Origin: Camelus dromedarius
Taxonomy: Eukaryota
NCBI RefSeq assembly: GCF_036321535.1
Contig: NC_087437.1
Coordinates: forward strand, 66,776,001 to 66,840,000
Direction: 5' to 3'
DNA: 64,000 nt
This document shows, in pieces, positions 1-12,099 of this stretch. Position 1 is the stretch's first letter. Every line of letters begins with the position of its first letter. The notes beneath the pieces are model-generated. The model was not told where the DNA came from. It made no database searches and worked only from the letters and a program-made list of their open reading frames with translations. The translations under genes were made by a program, and so were the position numbers.

Positions 1-879
1 ATTCAGCCTAAATGTGGTGGTTCTTGGAGTGGGAGTGGGGAGAAAGCTGCCATCCCCATATTCTTTCCTTAGGATCTTGAACATATGCTTCTTTTGACTA
101 ACTGACATTTTGATGAGTCACTTGACAGCTGAGAGCAAAATGGGTGGCCTGGGCACAAAAATGTCACAATGGCCCCAGGTTGGCTCTGTCATTGAAAAGC
201 AGCCTAGATAACTGATCAGAGATAATAGACTAGTCTTGTAAACTGCCATGATTCCCCCTTTTGGTTTGACCAGTCTTGGCCATATCCTAAAGAAGTAGCA
301 CAGGAGGATCAGATGCCAGCTTGGCTAAACAAATGAGTGAATATAATAAATAAAATTTAATTTTGACTAACGGAATTACAAAGTGTACCCCTTCTTCCAG
401 GTATGACAGCATCCGGGAGATTAAACCCTCAGTTCATCATGGTCCTACTTATTTCAGCTGTCCTTTGTAGGTTTCATAATCAGATGGGGGATAGAGGAAT
501 TACTAGTTACCTGTATATCCTATTACTTAGGGATCATGTGAAGGAAAGGATACCATCTTCGTTTAGTGATGGGAGATGCATACGCATTAAAGAATGGATT
601 TTCTTGTAATTGTTAAAAGTTGGGAAATGGTGTGTGGAAAAAATGTTACAGCAAAAGATCAGTTAGGTGAACTTGGGATACTGGGAAAGGAAAAGATGCT
701 TGACCAGTTTTCTGGGTGGCTTAAAGTTAAGTGTGTCAGTAGAAGGGGGTTGTTCACAGGCATTAGCATGATGGAAACATTCGTCAGCATCCTGTTCACT
801 CTGACTCCATGTTATATTCCCTAAGCTGCTTTCCCTCCCCTCCCTATCAATAATCACCTACACACCACTCCTCTCATTT

Positions 880-3300
880 CTGTTACTGAGCAATTATTAT
901 GTGTCAAATTACTGCTGTGTGCCAGAGTTCACAGTACATTGTTCAGAGTACATTAACTTCAAGGCAGACAAGTAAGTAATTGTAACACAAAGGTGTTCAG
1001 TTAAGGAGGCACATACAAGAGACAGAAGTGATGTAAAAAAGAGTGATGAACTTTGCTTGGAAGCTGCAGTGTCAGGGAAAGCTTCACTGCATCAGTAACA
1101 CATGATGCATTTTAAAGGAGGACTAGTTTACCACAGAGATGAGGGAGTGGGGGCTCAAGCAGAATGAACAGAATATACAAAAACTTGTGGCATGGATTTG
1201 TACTAGGTTTTTAACTAATAGTTCAGTTATGCTGAAGAGCTAGATAAGGAATAGATTCGAGTGACTTGAATTCCACATTAAGTGGTTTGGGTTTTTATTA
1301 TTTTGTAGGTCACAGACTGTCAAAGGAGTGATCCTTGGACACTGCATCAGATCTACTAAGTCAGAATCATTAGGGTGAAGCCCAGTAATATGCCCCTTTC
1401 ACAAGCTCTTCAAATAATTCTTAAGTGGACAGAAGGCTGAGGACTTCTGTTGACAGAAGACATCTAACGAAAGATTTTAAGCTGAGGACTTGTGACCCAA
1501 AGAGTTCTCAGGTCAAGGGGCCAGGAACTGTAATCTCTGGATGAACAGCACCAGCATCAACTAGCTGGGAACTTGTTGGAAATGGAAAATTTCAAGCCCT
1601 ACAGTATAGTCAGAAACTGGGAGGATCCCAGAAGTCTGCACACACTCTCCAGGTGATTTTGATGAGAACCACTATCCTACCTTAGATATCTTTGACAGCA
1701 ATACATAGGATAGGTTTGGAGAACAGGGGAATGTAAATGAGACTTAAAGCAGGGAGACCAGTTAGCCAACCATTTAAAAAGTCCATGTAAGAAAAAATGG
1801 GAGTAGGGGTGGGATGACATCCTTGGGTGACAGAAAAAGCCATGGACATGAATAAGATAATGCAGGGAAAGTATGTGGAGTGAAAAGAGAAGGAAGGACA
1901 GAATTCTGGTGAATAACAACATTTAAGGGCAGAGGAAGAGGAAGCTTTCAAGTGAACAAGACTAAGAAAATAGAAGTCCAAGAGGTGAGGTGAATCAGAA
2001 TTTGAAGAAAGGAATGATGAACAGTATCAAATGCAAGAGGAAAGTCAAGAGACTGAGAATTGGCTGTTAGATTTGGTTATTTAGACCATTGGTAACTTTA
2101 GCAGGAGAAACTGAATGGAGCAGTGAGGGTGGAGGTCAGGTTGCAGTTGGTTTGGAGTAGTGAATTGGAAAGGATGGCTCTTGGGAAGAGGAGTAGCACT
2201 TCCTCTGAGCTAGAAAGGAGGCTAGGTGCACACATATAAGAAGTGGCATTGGGAGGTGGAGAAAACACATCTGATAGCATAAACTGGTAGTGAAGTAAGA
2301 AGCAGTTACTTTTGGGGGGAAGTGGTCCAGCTAGGATGAGGAATAGCCTTTGTGAGTTTGGGGAATGCGGCCATTGCTGAGGTGGTAAACCATAAACTTC
2401 CAAAGGCTCACATCATGGGTTTATGGTTTTCTCTGGTCTAACTCAGCAAACACAATAAAAGGCTAGAGACAATGGGTGGTAGGAATCCTGGTCCTGGCTT
2501 GGAGGTTTGCCAAGCAGGTATGGCCGAAGGACTGTTCAGCATCAAGGGAGTTAATGGTGCTGCTGAGAAAAGCCGAGATGATGCACCTTGGGGTCTGGAA
2601 AAGCTAGGGAAGAAGAATGCAGTTTGGTGGGATACAGTCTGTCAGAAAGAGGAATGGGCCAGGCATTAGCAGTCTTGAGCAAGTAGAAGGAATAAAGGAA
2701 CCAGGAGAGAGGCATTCTGGTAAAGAAATACGGGAGTTTAGGATCACAGAATTCTGGGTTGTGAAATAGCCTGAAATGTAACCCTGGAAGCAAATGGTCA
2801 AAATTGAGTAGAGTCAAAGGTGGAAGTGGTTGTGGCAAGGGGTTGGGTGACTTTTCCTCAGGAACATTGAAGTCATCCAGAATGATGGTGGGACATGAGG
2901 TAGAGAGGAAATAGGGCGACTGGTGTCAAAGACTGGGAAATCTGGGGCATGGACTACATCATGGCCACAAAGAATGGAGAAGTTAAAATAGCTGGATGCC
3001 ATAAATTTCAGTAACATGAGATTTTTGTATGAGATGGGAAAAACTGGTGCAGAAGCAGGAGTATGAAACCTGGATAACGTTTCTGGGCTTTTTGTGGAAC
3101 AGATGGGCAGGGAAAGAAGTCCCCTCTGGTGAGTGTCAAGTTTTATTGACATCTAAGAAGTGGAGGCAACGTTCATTGAAGAGATTGCAAGGAGGTAAGG
3201 GCTCTAGAAGAACTGCAGGAAAGATGAGGACTGAGGGGAACTGAGTGTTGCCAGTTTGGGGGGTGGGGCAGGGTGGTGGGCTTATTCTGGATAGAGAAAC
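880..3300 (-). mobile_element. Decayed L2 fragments (interrupted by MER5)
   Basis: Long purine-rich + strand tract with L2-like motifs such as tatcaaatgcaagaggaaagtcaagagactgagaattgg...gaccattggtaacttt. Confidence 0.5.
1325..1675. mobile_element. Two MER5-like hAT fragments
   Basis: tcagaatc...ggtgaagcccag, and ctgggaacttgttggaaatg...ctccaggtgattttgatgagaaccact. Confidence 0.65.
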
Positions 3301-4076
3301 AGAAGAGTGGGGATCTGGGAGTACACAGGAGAAAAAGGCATTTAGGGCAGTAACGAACAGGAGCAGGCCAAGGAGTGTAAAGTTCTAAATAAAATATTGC
3401 CAAATACTTGTATTTTTATCCCCTTGGCAACAGTATTTTTCACTGCAAATATCACTAGGTTGTGAGCCTAGGTTGTATGATTATTTTTCTAAGGGCCTGC
3501 CATTTCCACCCATTGAGTGCCTCTCCTCCCCCGACCCCCTTTTGTGATAATATATGCCGGGATAGCAAACTTCTTCCACCACCCCCTCCCTGCAACCCAG
3601 AGCACCATTAACATAATCACTGGGTAGGGGCGGGGGGAATAGTCCTTGATTAATTCAAGTAATAGAAAAATTGAGTTCGCACCTCTGCAGGTAGACCCAC
3701 ATAACTCCTTTAAGCTGCGGAATTTTGAGAAGTGATAGCTTTTTTTTCCTACTCATTTTTCATTACAGTATCCATTGATTTATACTGGGTATCTTGGGTA
3801 ACATGTATGATTGCAACATAAGAGAGTGAAGTTGAAGTTGCAAATGTTTGACAATTACTAAGTTGTAAAATAACAAAAACAAGAAAATCTTACCGAAGCA
3901 AGCCATCAGGACTTTTGCTGCGAGACCAGACCTTGAAGTAATAAAAAATGACATCCAACAGAACAAACTAGAACAATGAGCCTGAATGCATATAATCCAC
4001 TTTTCCTATTATTGATTTCAATGACCTCCATGTCCTCTAGTTCATAGTGCCACCGTGAGGTTTATATTTTATATCA

Positions 4077-4082
4077 TTTATT
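4077..4082 (-). terminator. Distal polyadenylation signal AATAAA
   Basis: tttatt on the + strand. Preceded in the mRNA by three ATTAAA hexamers (4113-4118, 4143-4148, 4160-4165) in AU-rich context. Confidence 0.6.
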
Positions 4083-7000
4083 AGAGTACACTTTTAAAGC
4101 ATAACAATCTGTTTTAATTACATTTAAATGTCTCTGGATAGGTTTAATATTTATGCTTTTTTAATCAATAGAGAAACATTTTGATTATATCTTTGGAAAC
4201 ATTTGTCAAGCTCAACAGCTGAAATTGTGTGGCTGTTTAATAGACTCCTTTGAGAAAGTGCTCTACCTTGCAGAATCATAAGCCAGGAAATACTATGGCA
4301 TTAAGTTAATGCAAAGCATTGTGATTTGCCCAGTAAAACACATGGCTGTGTACTTTCATGGGTTTCTTATATTTAACTACATCCTCCTTCATCCTTGTAG
4401 AAGTGATCCCTGCATTGCTCATGAACTTCAGTGCTACTAAATGATCTACTGTGTGCCAATCAGTGACAGCCCCAATTTTATACCAACTGGATTGACTCTG
4501 ATCTCAGGGAATCATCCTTCTACCATCTCCCATTCCTCTCCATGCTTGAAAAGGTGCTTGCTCCCTCTTCTGGCCTCACCTTACTAGGAAAGTTATTGAC
4601 AAAGGAGGACACATTCTTTGTCATTCCACATTTTGAACTGACTTTCCTGCTGGAAATGACTAAAATCATATTCCTGGCAACACTTAACCCCAAGATTCAT
4701 GTTGTCATCAGATAGCACAGGCCATGGTAGAATGTGGCCCTAATCAATCCTGGTGGGAATTGGACCTACCCTGAACCTCTCCCATTCCAATCCCAGACAA
4801 ATGAATCTTATGTTTCCCAGTAGCTCTTCAGGCAGAACACAAGGCCTGTGTAGACAAATGACTGTCCCACTCAACTTTAGTCAAGTAGCATTATCACTTG
4901 CTAAACATTAGCTATAAAACAATTTATCTTGGACCTACAATGTCATCATCAACAAGAGTTAACCCATTTCATGAAGATGGAAGTGTCTAAAACCCCCTCT
5001 CAAGGAGTATGGAACCCTGATATCTGGCTCATTTGCAGAGATCCAACAGGACTTCACAACCCAACCAATTAAGATCAGGCAAAACCTCAGAACTATTTAT
5101 TCTTAGTTACCACTCTCTAATTTTTTAAGGGATCAAAGCAAAATTTTCAATAACTGAATATGCTCCTCGTACCTTCTACTGGATTTGTAATTGTGTTTAA
5201 TTTGATTAAAGTCTTAGGTAACCTCAACACTATTAACAATCATATTAAAAGATGCTAAGTCACTACGTATTTTCCCCTTCTGCTTTCATTTGGTAACTTA
5301 TGGGTTCTAAATCTTGCTCCTGGTTGCTTATGGGATGTTTCATTTGCTACCCTTTCCCCCTTTTCATTAAACTCCTCAAGAATTTCAGGTTCTAGGGTAA
5401 CCAGTGCAATATTACTAAGCGCTTGATAAATACTGTCTGTTGAAGATGATGATGTTTACATTTTAATTTTCACAGAACCCAGAATTTTGACTTGGCCAAT
5501 ATTTTTAATTTTAGAGCTTAGATTAGGCTAACAATGTCTTAATGGGGCTTTTGGTCAAGCCTCCTCATATTCCACTTGAAACAGAGAATAAAAACCAAAT
5601 TCCCTCTACCTAGTACATTTTGGCAAAAAAGAAGAAAAAAGGCCTCAGAGCTCCATTTTGCCAATAAGTATAGATTATTATCTTCTTAAGCAACCATTAA
5701 CACTGAAAGAAACATTAGAATATGCATGCATTTCACTTCAAATTCAACATTTAAAATCAGCCATCCTCAGTTTGAGGACTGGTAGTTGATTTGAAGGCAC
5801 ATTTAAGAATTTGATTCTGTAGCCCTTTCCAGGGCACCACGTAAGTCCTCCTATGAACAGCAGTACCTCTTCCATCCTTTTCCTGGATGGAAGCAGGCAA
5901 TCTGATTCCCCCAGCCATTCTCAGAGGTTTCATTTCTCAGTCCCAAGTGGATGACCAAATTGATAATTTCAAAAGATTTGGGAAAACAATTTCAGGGGAA
6001 AAATGTAAAGAGTTTTCTCTGTCATGGAATGGAATTTCATCAGTGCTAGACTAGTCCCAGCTCACAAGAAGTTTATGAATATGGAGAGGTCCACACTTTA
6101 GCAGCAGGACACAGACCAAGAAGGTGAGTTGGCTTCCAAGGCCTTCCCGATTGATTGGCTAGGAAAGCTCAGAGTAGGGAATGTCTCCAGCCAGTTGTCA
6201 CTTCATGATGACATCCATACACTCACACTCCTGAAGATGATGCTACAAATGAAAGATGTCGGAGTCTAAGGAACATGGCAGCCACTTAATAAATCTACGT
6301 AGGAACCTCAAGTTGAACTCACCTGTTAATGTGTAAATGGTGGCTTCTCAGTCTATCTCCAAATAAAAATATATCCTCTAAGTGTTACAAACAAAAATTT
6401 AAAATAATCATAAAATAGTTTAAATATTACTCGGCTCAGAGTGCTGATGGTGAAAAAGTGCAGTTCCCTCCCTCTCTCACATTCTAACTGGAACATGGTC
6501 TTTATCGAAGCATAGACACCACAGTGCATGAAGATTGACATAAAGCCTACCACACTTTCTGATAAGGCAGGAATGTACTTTTCAAATCTGCTGAACATGG
6601 CCCTCCTCATCTAGCACCGCTGTATTTCTTCACCTTGCTTGCCTAGTGGGGATAATGCTGTACCCTAGGACTTTCCTTAGGGGTTTACAGCTCATTTGCT
6701 GTCGGTCCAATGTCTTGCTCACCCAAAAAGAATGCAAAAGACACTGACCAAAGGCCTATTAATTGCTTCCCTTGCTCACTCATGTCAGTGCCCTCTGAAA
6801 GCAGAACTCATGAGCTGGCCTGCTAGTTATCTCTGCCATAGACACTGGCTTAAAAGGTTTGGGCAAGATTTCAAAGCTGTTTGTAAAGCTTATCAGGGAA
6901 GAAGAGAGAGAGGAGTATGTATCTGCTGCAGGACATCAGCCTCCAATCTCTCACTGGAGGAGGTAATTTTAGTTCAGCCCCTCCCCAGCCCAGCACCAGC

Positions 7001-7334
7001 CTTGGTCATGAGGTTTGCCCAGAGGTACTTCTAACCCTTAGAGAAATTTCTGCAGTAACTGAACTAGACAGAGCAAGCCTTGACCTGAGAAGAGGTGCAT
7101 GGGACTACATATAGGTCCTACCTGTCTTTGTTTCTCAAACAAGACAATTGTTTTAGAAGGTTTGAAAGTGTTGATAATCCTGATGGGTTTTGCTTTGAGA
7201 AGGGCTCCTGAGAAGCCCTTTTTGGAAAAGCACCAAAAATCTGCCAGCAGGTTATGTTGGTTCTCCTTCCTCTCTCCAGCTGAAAAGGAAAGAACCATTT
7301 GAAGTTCTAAATAACGGAAATAAAATTAGATTGG

Positions 7335-7340
7335 TTTATT
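7335..7340 (-). terminator. Candidate proximal polyadenylation signal AATAAA
   Basis: tttatt on the + strand ~1.2 kb after the stop, followed by U-rich sequence on the minus strand. Confidence 0.45.
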
Positions 7341-8552
7341 GCTTCTGCTTGCATACAGACAGGAGAAGAGCAAGTCGGAGTGCCTGGGGTGGGCAGTGGG
7401 TGAGGGGGATTATAGAAGGGAGAGGGCTGCCTCATATTGCTCTTGAGCAGTGGAGGGAGAAAGGAAGGCACCCCCTGGTTAAAATGAAATACATTTTCAA
7501 GAAGGGCAGCTCTCACCAAACAGGAGTGATGGCCACCCTGCAAGGGCATTTCCCTCTTCTCCTGGGGCTCTCCCCCTTACCTTCTCCAGTACTCTGGTCC
7601 CAGCCTAGTGTGGAAGGAGAGTGAAGCTGAACTAGAGGTGCTTTCTGCTAACGTCCCACTGATTTAACCATTTAAAGTTTGGAGTGTAGTTCCGCCTATG
7701 GGTGAGGCTGATACTGGAAGGAGAGCAGATCACTTCATTTCACTACTGCATACCTAAATGAAGATTCAGCGCATTTCATTGAGGTAACCCTGCCCAGCTA
7801 CTGGATTAATAAATCAGAGGGCAGGATAATGGCAGTTGGAATCCCAAATGAATAAAAGCTAAAGCCAGAAAGTCTTCCTGGATTGTGCCAGTCTCAGTGA
7901 ATATAGATTCTGATTTTCTATGCTGGTATATGGAGCCATCTTGGACAGGTCTGCAGGGATTCCAGGGAGGGAGCATGGGTAAATTCACTCACTTGGATAT
8001 CTAAGTGTACATTAGTTTGCATTTCCAAATCTGCTTCTGTTCTGGATAGTACACTTTTACAAAGCTTATCAGAAAACTGGTCTAAAAGAACACATGCTTT
8101 AAAGAGCATTAAAAAGCATGAAGTAAATAGGAGGCCTTCAGACCTCGATAGCAACATTTTCCAACACAGGCAAAGGATTTCTCTTTCTTTCATAACAAAT
8201 TAACACATCAACACATCCAGCTCTCAACAGTAATAGCTAATGGCGATGGGGGAGTGATGCAACTCATAAGCCCCAAGTCTCACTGAAGACCAGCATTTCA
8301 TCCTTTTCCTTTACCTGACCTGTCCCTGCCTGGTCATATAGACTTATCTGAATTTCATCTCTTGGTCCTTCCCTTGACCTTTCTTCTGGCAAATGGACTA
8401 ATTAATAAATGGCCAAAAGGCTGAAGAAAGAGGAGAGGCCAAAATAAGCCCGAACTTGGATAACCTCTACCTGGAATAAAGGCAAGTTACTCCTGTAATA
8501 ACTTCCGGGTGAATCATGGCATTTTTTTCAGACACCAGCAGGTGAGCTGATG

Positions 8553-10985
8553 TCATTCTATTTGCCTCCCACTTCTTCCATCCAGAATCACTGATCTTCG
8601 CTGGGGCTGGTAAAAACAACTGGTTGAGGTCTCTAGTCTCTGGCCATTCTTAGGGATGGTCATTTTATTCCTAAGTGTAACCCCTTCTGGTGTGACCCAT
8701 GTGTTTTCTGCCAACTCCCCACAAAGAAGGCCAGGGGAAATTGTCTGGGTGGGACTTCTGATAGGGGACAGTAGGACCTTGGAATCTGTCACTGTGGATG
8801 AGGGGGGTGGATGGTCCATAATGGGGAAAGGAGGACTGAATAAGATTAGGCTCTGAGGTCTTCCTGGTCTTGACCTGTGGAAAGGCTTAGAACCCCCTGA
8901 TGGTCGCTCTATTTTTGAAGAAAGAAGGTTGTCCCCAGATGGCTCTGTCTCTGATGTGCGCTTTCTACATTGCACTACTGTATCCTGGGTGGAGAGCAGG
9001 TGAGCCAAACCCAGTTCTGGAGAAAGGGTGGGCTCCTCACCCATGTGGCATGTGGTGGCATCTATTGGCAAGGGTTCGATGGCTTCTGTATCTTGCTTTG
9101 GTTTCTCTTCCTTTGGGCTTTCTGAGGAGGAGAAAGAATCATCTTTGGCAAGTTTCTGAGAGGTCCCACCAGCTGAGCCAGGTTCCTCCTTGCTCCTCTC
9201 CAGAGGCTGAACCCTACTCTCTTCTGAGCTCTGAGAGGGCAGGGGCTGTGGGATCTGAGTGTACTGAATCTTCGGTGGGATGACTGGGACTGCCCTGGCC
9301 TGGCACATTTTGACCATGAAGGAGGTTCTCACAGCTGACACACTCACGGGAGCTGAGTTACGGCGGCCTGTCAGGGCATGAGCAATGATGTCCAGGTCCT
9401 GAGAGTCCTGGGAGTAAACCCTCCAGGGGTCTACTTTACAGTGAGATGAGGTCATCCATGTGACCTGTGGATCTCCTGGCTCAGAGAGCTGCATTCCAGG
9501 TGAACCAAATGAGGCCACGTTCTCAAACTGGAAGAGGTCAGTAATGGGAATGGCAGAGTCCAAGTTGAGAGAAGAAGGCCTATTTTTCCCTTTGGGGGGC
9601 CCACACTCAGTACTCTTCAGCTGTAACTTGGGGGGATGCTCTCCAGGTGAGGTGCTGTCCTGCACACCAGGTGACTTCTCCTTGCTGCTCTCTGGCTCAG
9701 GAACACTACCTTGCTCAATCTGAGAGTTATGGTGCCCCAGGTGTGTCCCCAGTTCCTTTCCCTCTGCTAAGTTGATGGGGCTGGTTTCTGCTGATTTGGA
9801 CTGCCAACCACCTGGTCCCTTCTGGTTGGGAGGAGCCTCTGTCCTTTTTAAGGCAGAGAACTCTTGGAAGGACCTCATGGCTTTCTCATCCCGTCCAGTA
9901 ATCTCTCTCCTGGGTGCCAAGGGCTGCAGAGGGTCAGAATTCCTCTCTACATCAAGATTAGCACAGCTGCTGGAGGAGGGACCCTCAAGAGTCCACTGGC
10001 TCTTAACCATGGTTTTGCTGTCTAGAGAGTGGCTCTGGCGAAGGCTGGGCCGATGGGAAAGCCTCTTCTCCAATCGGTGGCACTGGGCACTCTGCATCTG
10101 GGCCTCTTGTACATCTTTCAGGGTCGGGGAGTGAAGAGGACTTGTCACCCACTGGGGCTCCTCCAAGGGCTCCACCATCTCCAGGCCATGCTGGGCAATA
10201 TCTGTCACAGTGTCGTCTTCATCACAGTCTGAAGGCTCCTGTACTGAGTGGGTTACATCCCCCTCTCCTTGTGGGGATGGAACCTCCCTGGTTGGGCTGG
10301 GAAAGCTAGAGTCTTTTTCCTCAGGAGAAGCATTCTTTGAATTTTGCTTTTCGTTTTGTTCTGGAGAAGCCTCGTCTCCCTGACAAAGACTGGGAATCCC
10401 AGGGCTGCCTTTGAAATTGAGTTGGTCTATATATGGATTTGTTCTCAAATTCCTGGATGAGTCTTCTCTCTCTGGGTCGCCTTTCAATGGATGGACTCGA
10501 GGCGCTTCCTCCGTAAGAGTTGGTGGAGGAGGAGCAGGCGGGAGCAGAGGAGACCGATTCCCTGGGTCTCCCACCTCCACACTTGCTTGTAGAGAAACCT
10601 TCTCAAATGGAACTATTTCCAGAGGAGTCAGGCTGGCGGGATCTGGGCGCGGGCCCTTCTCAGGCTCACATCTATGGAGGAGGCTGGTTGCCTCTGACTT
10701 TTCTCTATTGGCTACTGTGGAAGCTCCCTGTGTGCTCTGATTGGTTGAATCTTTAGCCCGCTCCCCCAGAGAGGCGGAGACTTGAGCTGGGGCGGAGCCA
10801 CAAGGCAAGTTCCCAGCGGGCTCTGGGGAAGCAAATGGCCCTGGACTAGACTCAAGAACCGGCTGAGCTGGGCTAATCTTTAGGGCAGGCGGTGGCAACG
10901 AGGAGAGTTCCTCCTCAGATTCAATAATTTTCAGCTCTTGTTGAATCTCAGGCCAGAGTAGGGCGTTGGCCAGATCATCTTCATC
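8553..10985 (-). CDS. ARHGAP31: ARHGAP31 exon 12 coding part (810 aa + TGA), proline-rich and C-terminal regulatory region (DEDDLANALLWPEIQQELK...ILDGRSGRQIE)
   Basis: ORF 8553..11021 (822 aa); the true exon start is at acceptor tttttcag|GAT. Contains the RPSSLN and RRNSAP basophilic kinase/14-3-3 motifs and the characteristic CdGAP C-terminus. Confidence 0.97.
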   Translation of the reverse strand, partial: DEDDLANALLWPEIQQELKIIESEEELSSLPPPALKISPAQPVLESSPGPFASPEPAGNLPCGSAPAQVSASLGERAKDSTNQSTQGASTVANREKSEATSLLHRCEPEKGPRPDPASLTPLEIVPFEKVSLQASVEVGDPGNRSPLLPPAPPPPTLTEEAPRVHPLKGDPEREDSSRNLRTNPYIDQLNFKGSPGIPSLCQGDEASPEQNEKQNSKNASPEEKDSSFPSPTREVPSPQGEGDVTHSVQEPSDCDEDDTVTDIAQHGLEMVEPLEEPQWVTSPLHSPTLKDVQEAQMQSAQCHRLEKRLSHRPSLRQSHSLDSKTMVKSQWTLEGPSSSSCANLDVERNSDPLQPLAPRREITGRDEKAMRSFQEFSALKRTEAPPNQKGPGGWQSKSAETSPINLAEGKELGTHLGHHNSQIEQGSVPEPESSKEKSPGVQDSTSPGEHPPKLQLKSTECGPPKGKNRPSSLNLDSAIPITDLFQFENVASFGSPGMQLSEPGDPQVTWMTSSHCKVDPWRVYSQDSQDLDIIAHALTGRRNSAPVSVSAVRTSFMVKMCQARAVPVIPPKIQYTQIPQPLPSQSSEESRVQPLERSKEEPGSAGGTSQKLAKDDSFSSSESPKEEKPKQDTEAIEPLPIDATTCHMGEEPTLSPELGLAHLLSTQDTVVQCRKRTSETEPSGDNLLSSKIERPSGGSKPFHRSRPGRPQSLILFSPPFPIMDHPPPSSTVTDSKVLLSPIRSPTQTISPGLLCGELAENTWVTPEGVTLRNKMTIPKNGQRLETSTSCFYQPQRRSVILDGRSGRQIE

Positions 10986-12099
10986 CTGAAAAACATCAAG
11001 AAACTGATTACTTAGAACCAAGGACTCCCGGCGCTGACCTCCGCACCGTTTCCCAGGGAGAGGGAAGGGACTGGAGCGGTTCCCGGCTGGCTACCTCCGC
11101 ACGTAAAGGCCACAGCATTAATGACAATTCCTATTTTAGAGATGAGGAGACCTATGTTCAAGCAGATTAAACAATTTACGTACGTCTCACAGCAGAGACC
11201 AGGATTGAAATCCAGCTCATTCTACACCAAAACATACACACTTAATCCCTGTGCACTGTTGCCTTATAAAACAAACCAATCCCTGAGCTCATATAACCTC
11301 AGGTTGAATGGGTAGCTCATAAGAATGAGCTTCTCCCAGTAGAACGAAAATGTTAACTCTTGCCCTGAAACCTGCTTTCCAAACAAATAAATACTTTCCC
11401 CCCTGTGTATTACCTTATGTAAAGAAATACATATCTCACATGGAAAAAAGTAATACCTATTAAAAGAAAGAAGAATGAAAAATAGCAAAATGATAGCAGT
11501 CCTACTACCCAGAGATAACCACTGTTAATGGTATCGGTGCTTCCTCCTCCATCCTGTTTGCTGTCCCTGTCTCCCCTCAAATCCAACTTCTTTGTCCTTC
11601 TTGGCTCCATCCTTTCCTTACACAGAGCCCAAGTTGCAGATGGGAAAGTGATGAAGGGAGGGATGGTCAGGGCCAGGGAGTCAAATTTCAGTTCCTTTTG
11701 TTTCTTGTCTCAAGGCCTAATTCAGTCCCAAGGAGAAGCAGTTTGGGGATGGAGGGGTGGGGGTGACATTTGTAGGCAGTGGGAAGTGGGCCTTTCTGGG
11801 AAGTCTGACCTACTGCCAATCTGACATCACTTCTCCCATGGCTCTGATCACATGTCATTTCACATTATAGTTAACTTGATGCTTATCTTTCCCCATGGAG
11901 GCCTGTGAGCTCCTTAATCAGGAATTATATTCATCCATCTTTGATTACTCCAGGCCAGATGATGCCTGGTATACTGTGAGTAATTGCTCAGTAAGAGGTC
12001 TGTGAATTAAAATAGATTCATTGTTTTCTTTTGAGTTATTGCTTCAGATAACTCCCGGAGGGAATTTTTTAGATCTGATCCTACTATATTGCATGTATC

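Larger units (their letters stand above)
4060..8552 (-). other. ARHGAP31: ARHGAP31 3' UTR (long form, ~4.5 kb; end approximate)
   Basis: Follows the stop codon, is largely free of recognisable interspersed repeats, and ends at a cluster of AATAAA/ATTAAA hexamers at 4077-4165. Confidence 0.65.

Noticed and set aside
1..4000. Exons of a neighbouring convergent gene (TMEM39A is adjacent in human)
   Set aside because: No recognisable coding exons; mostly decayed L2 and MER5.
10986..11021. N-terminal extension of the 822-aa ORF as a stand-alone single-exon gene
   Set aside because: It starts at a non-ATG codon in intron 11; the real boundary is the acceptor at 10985.
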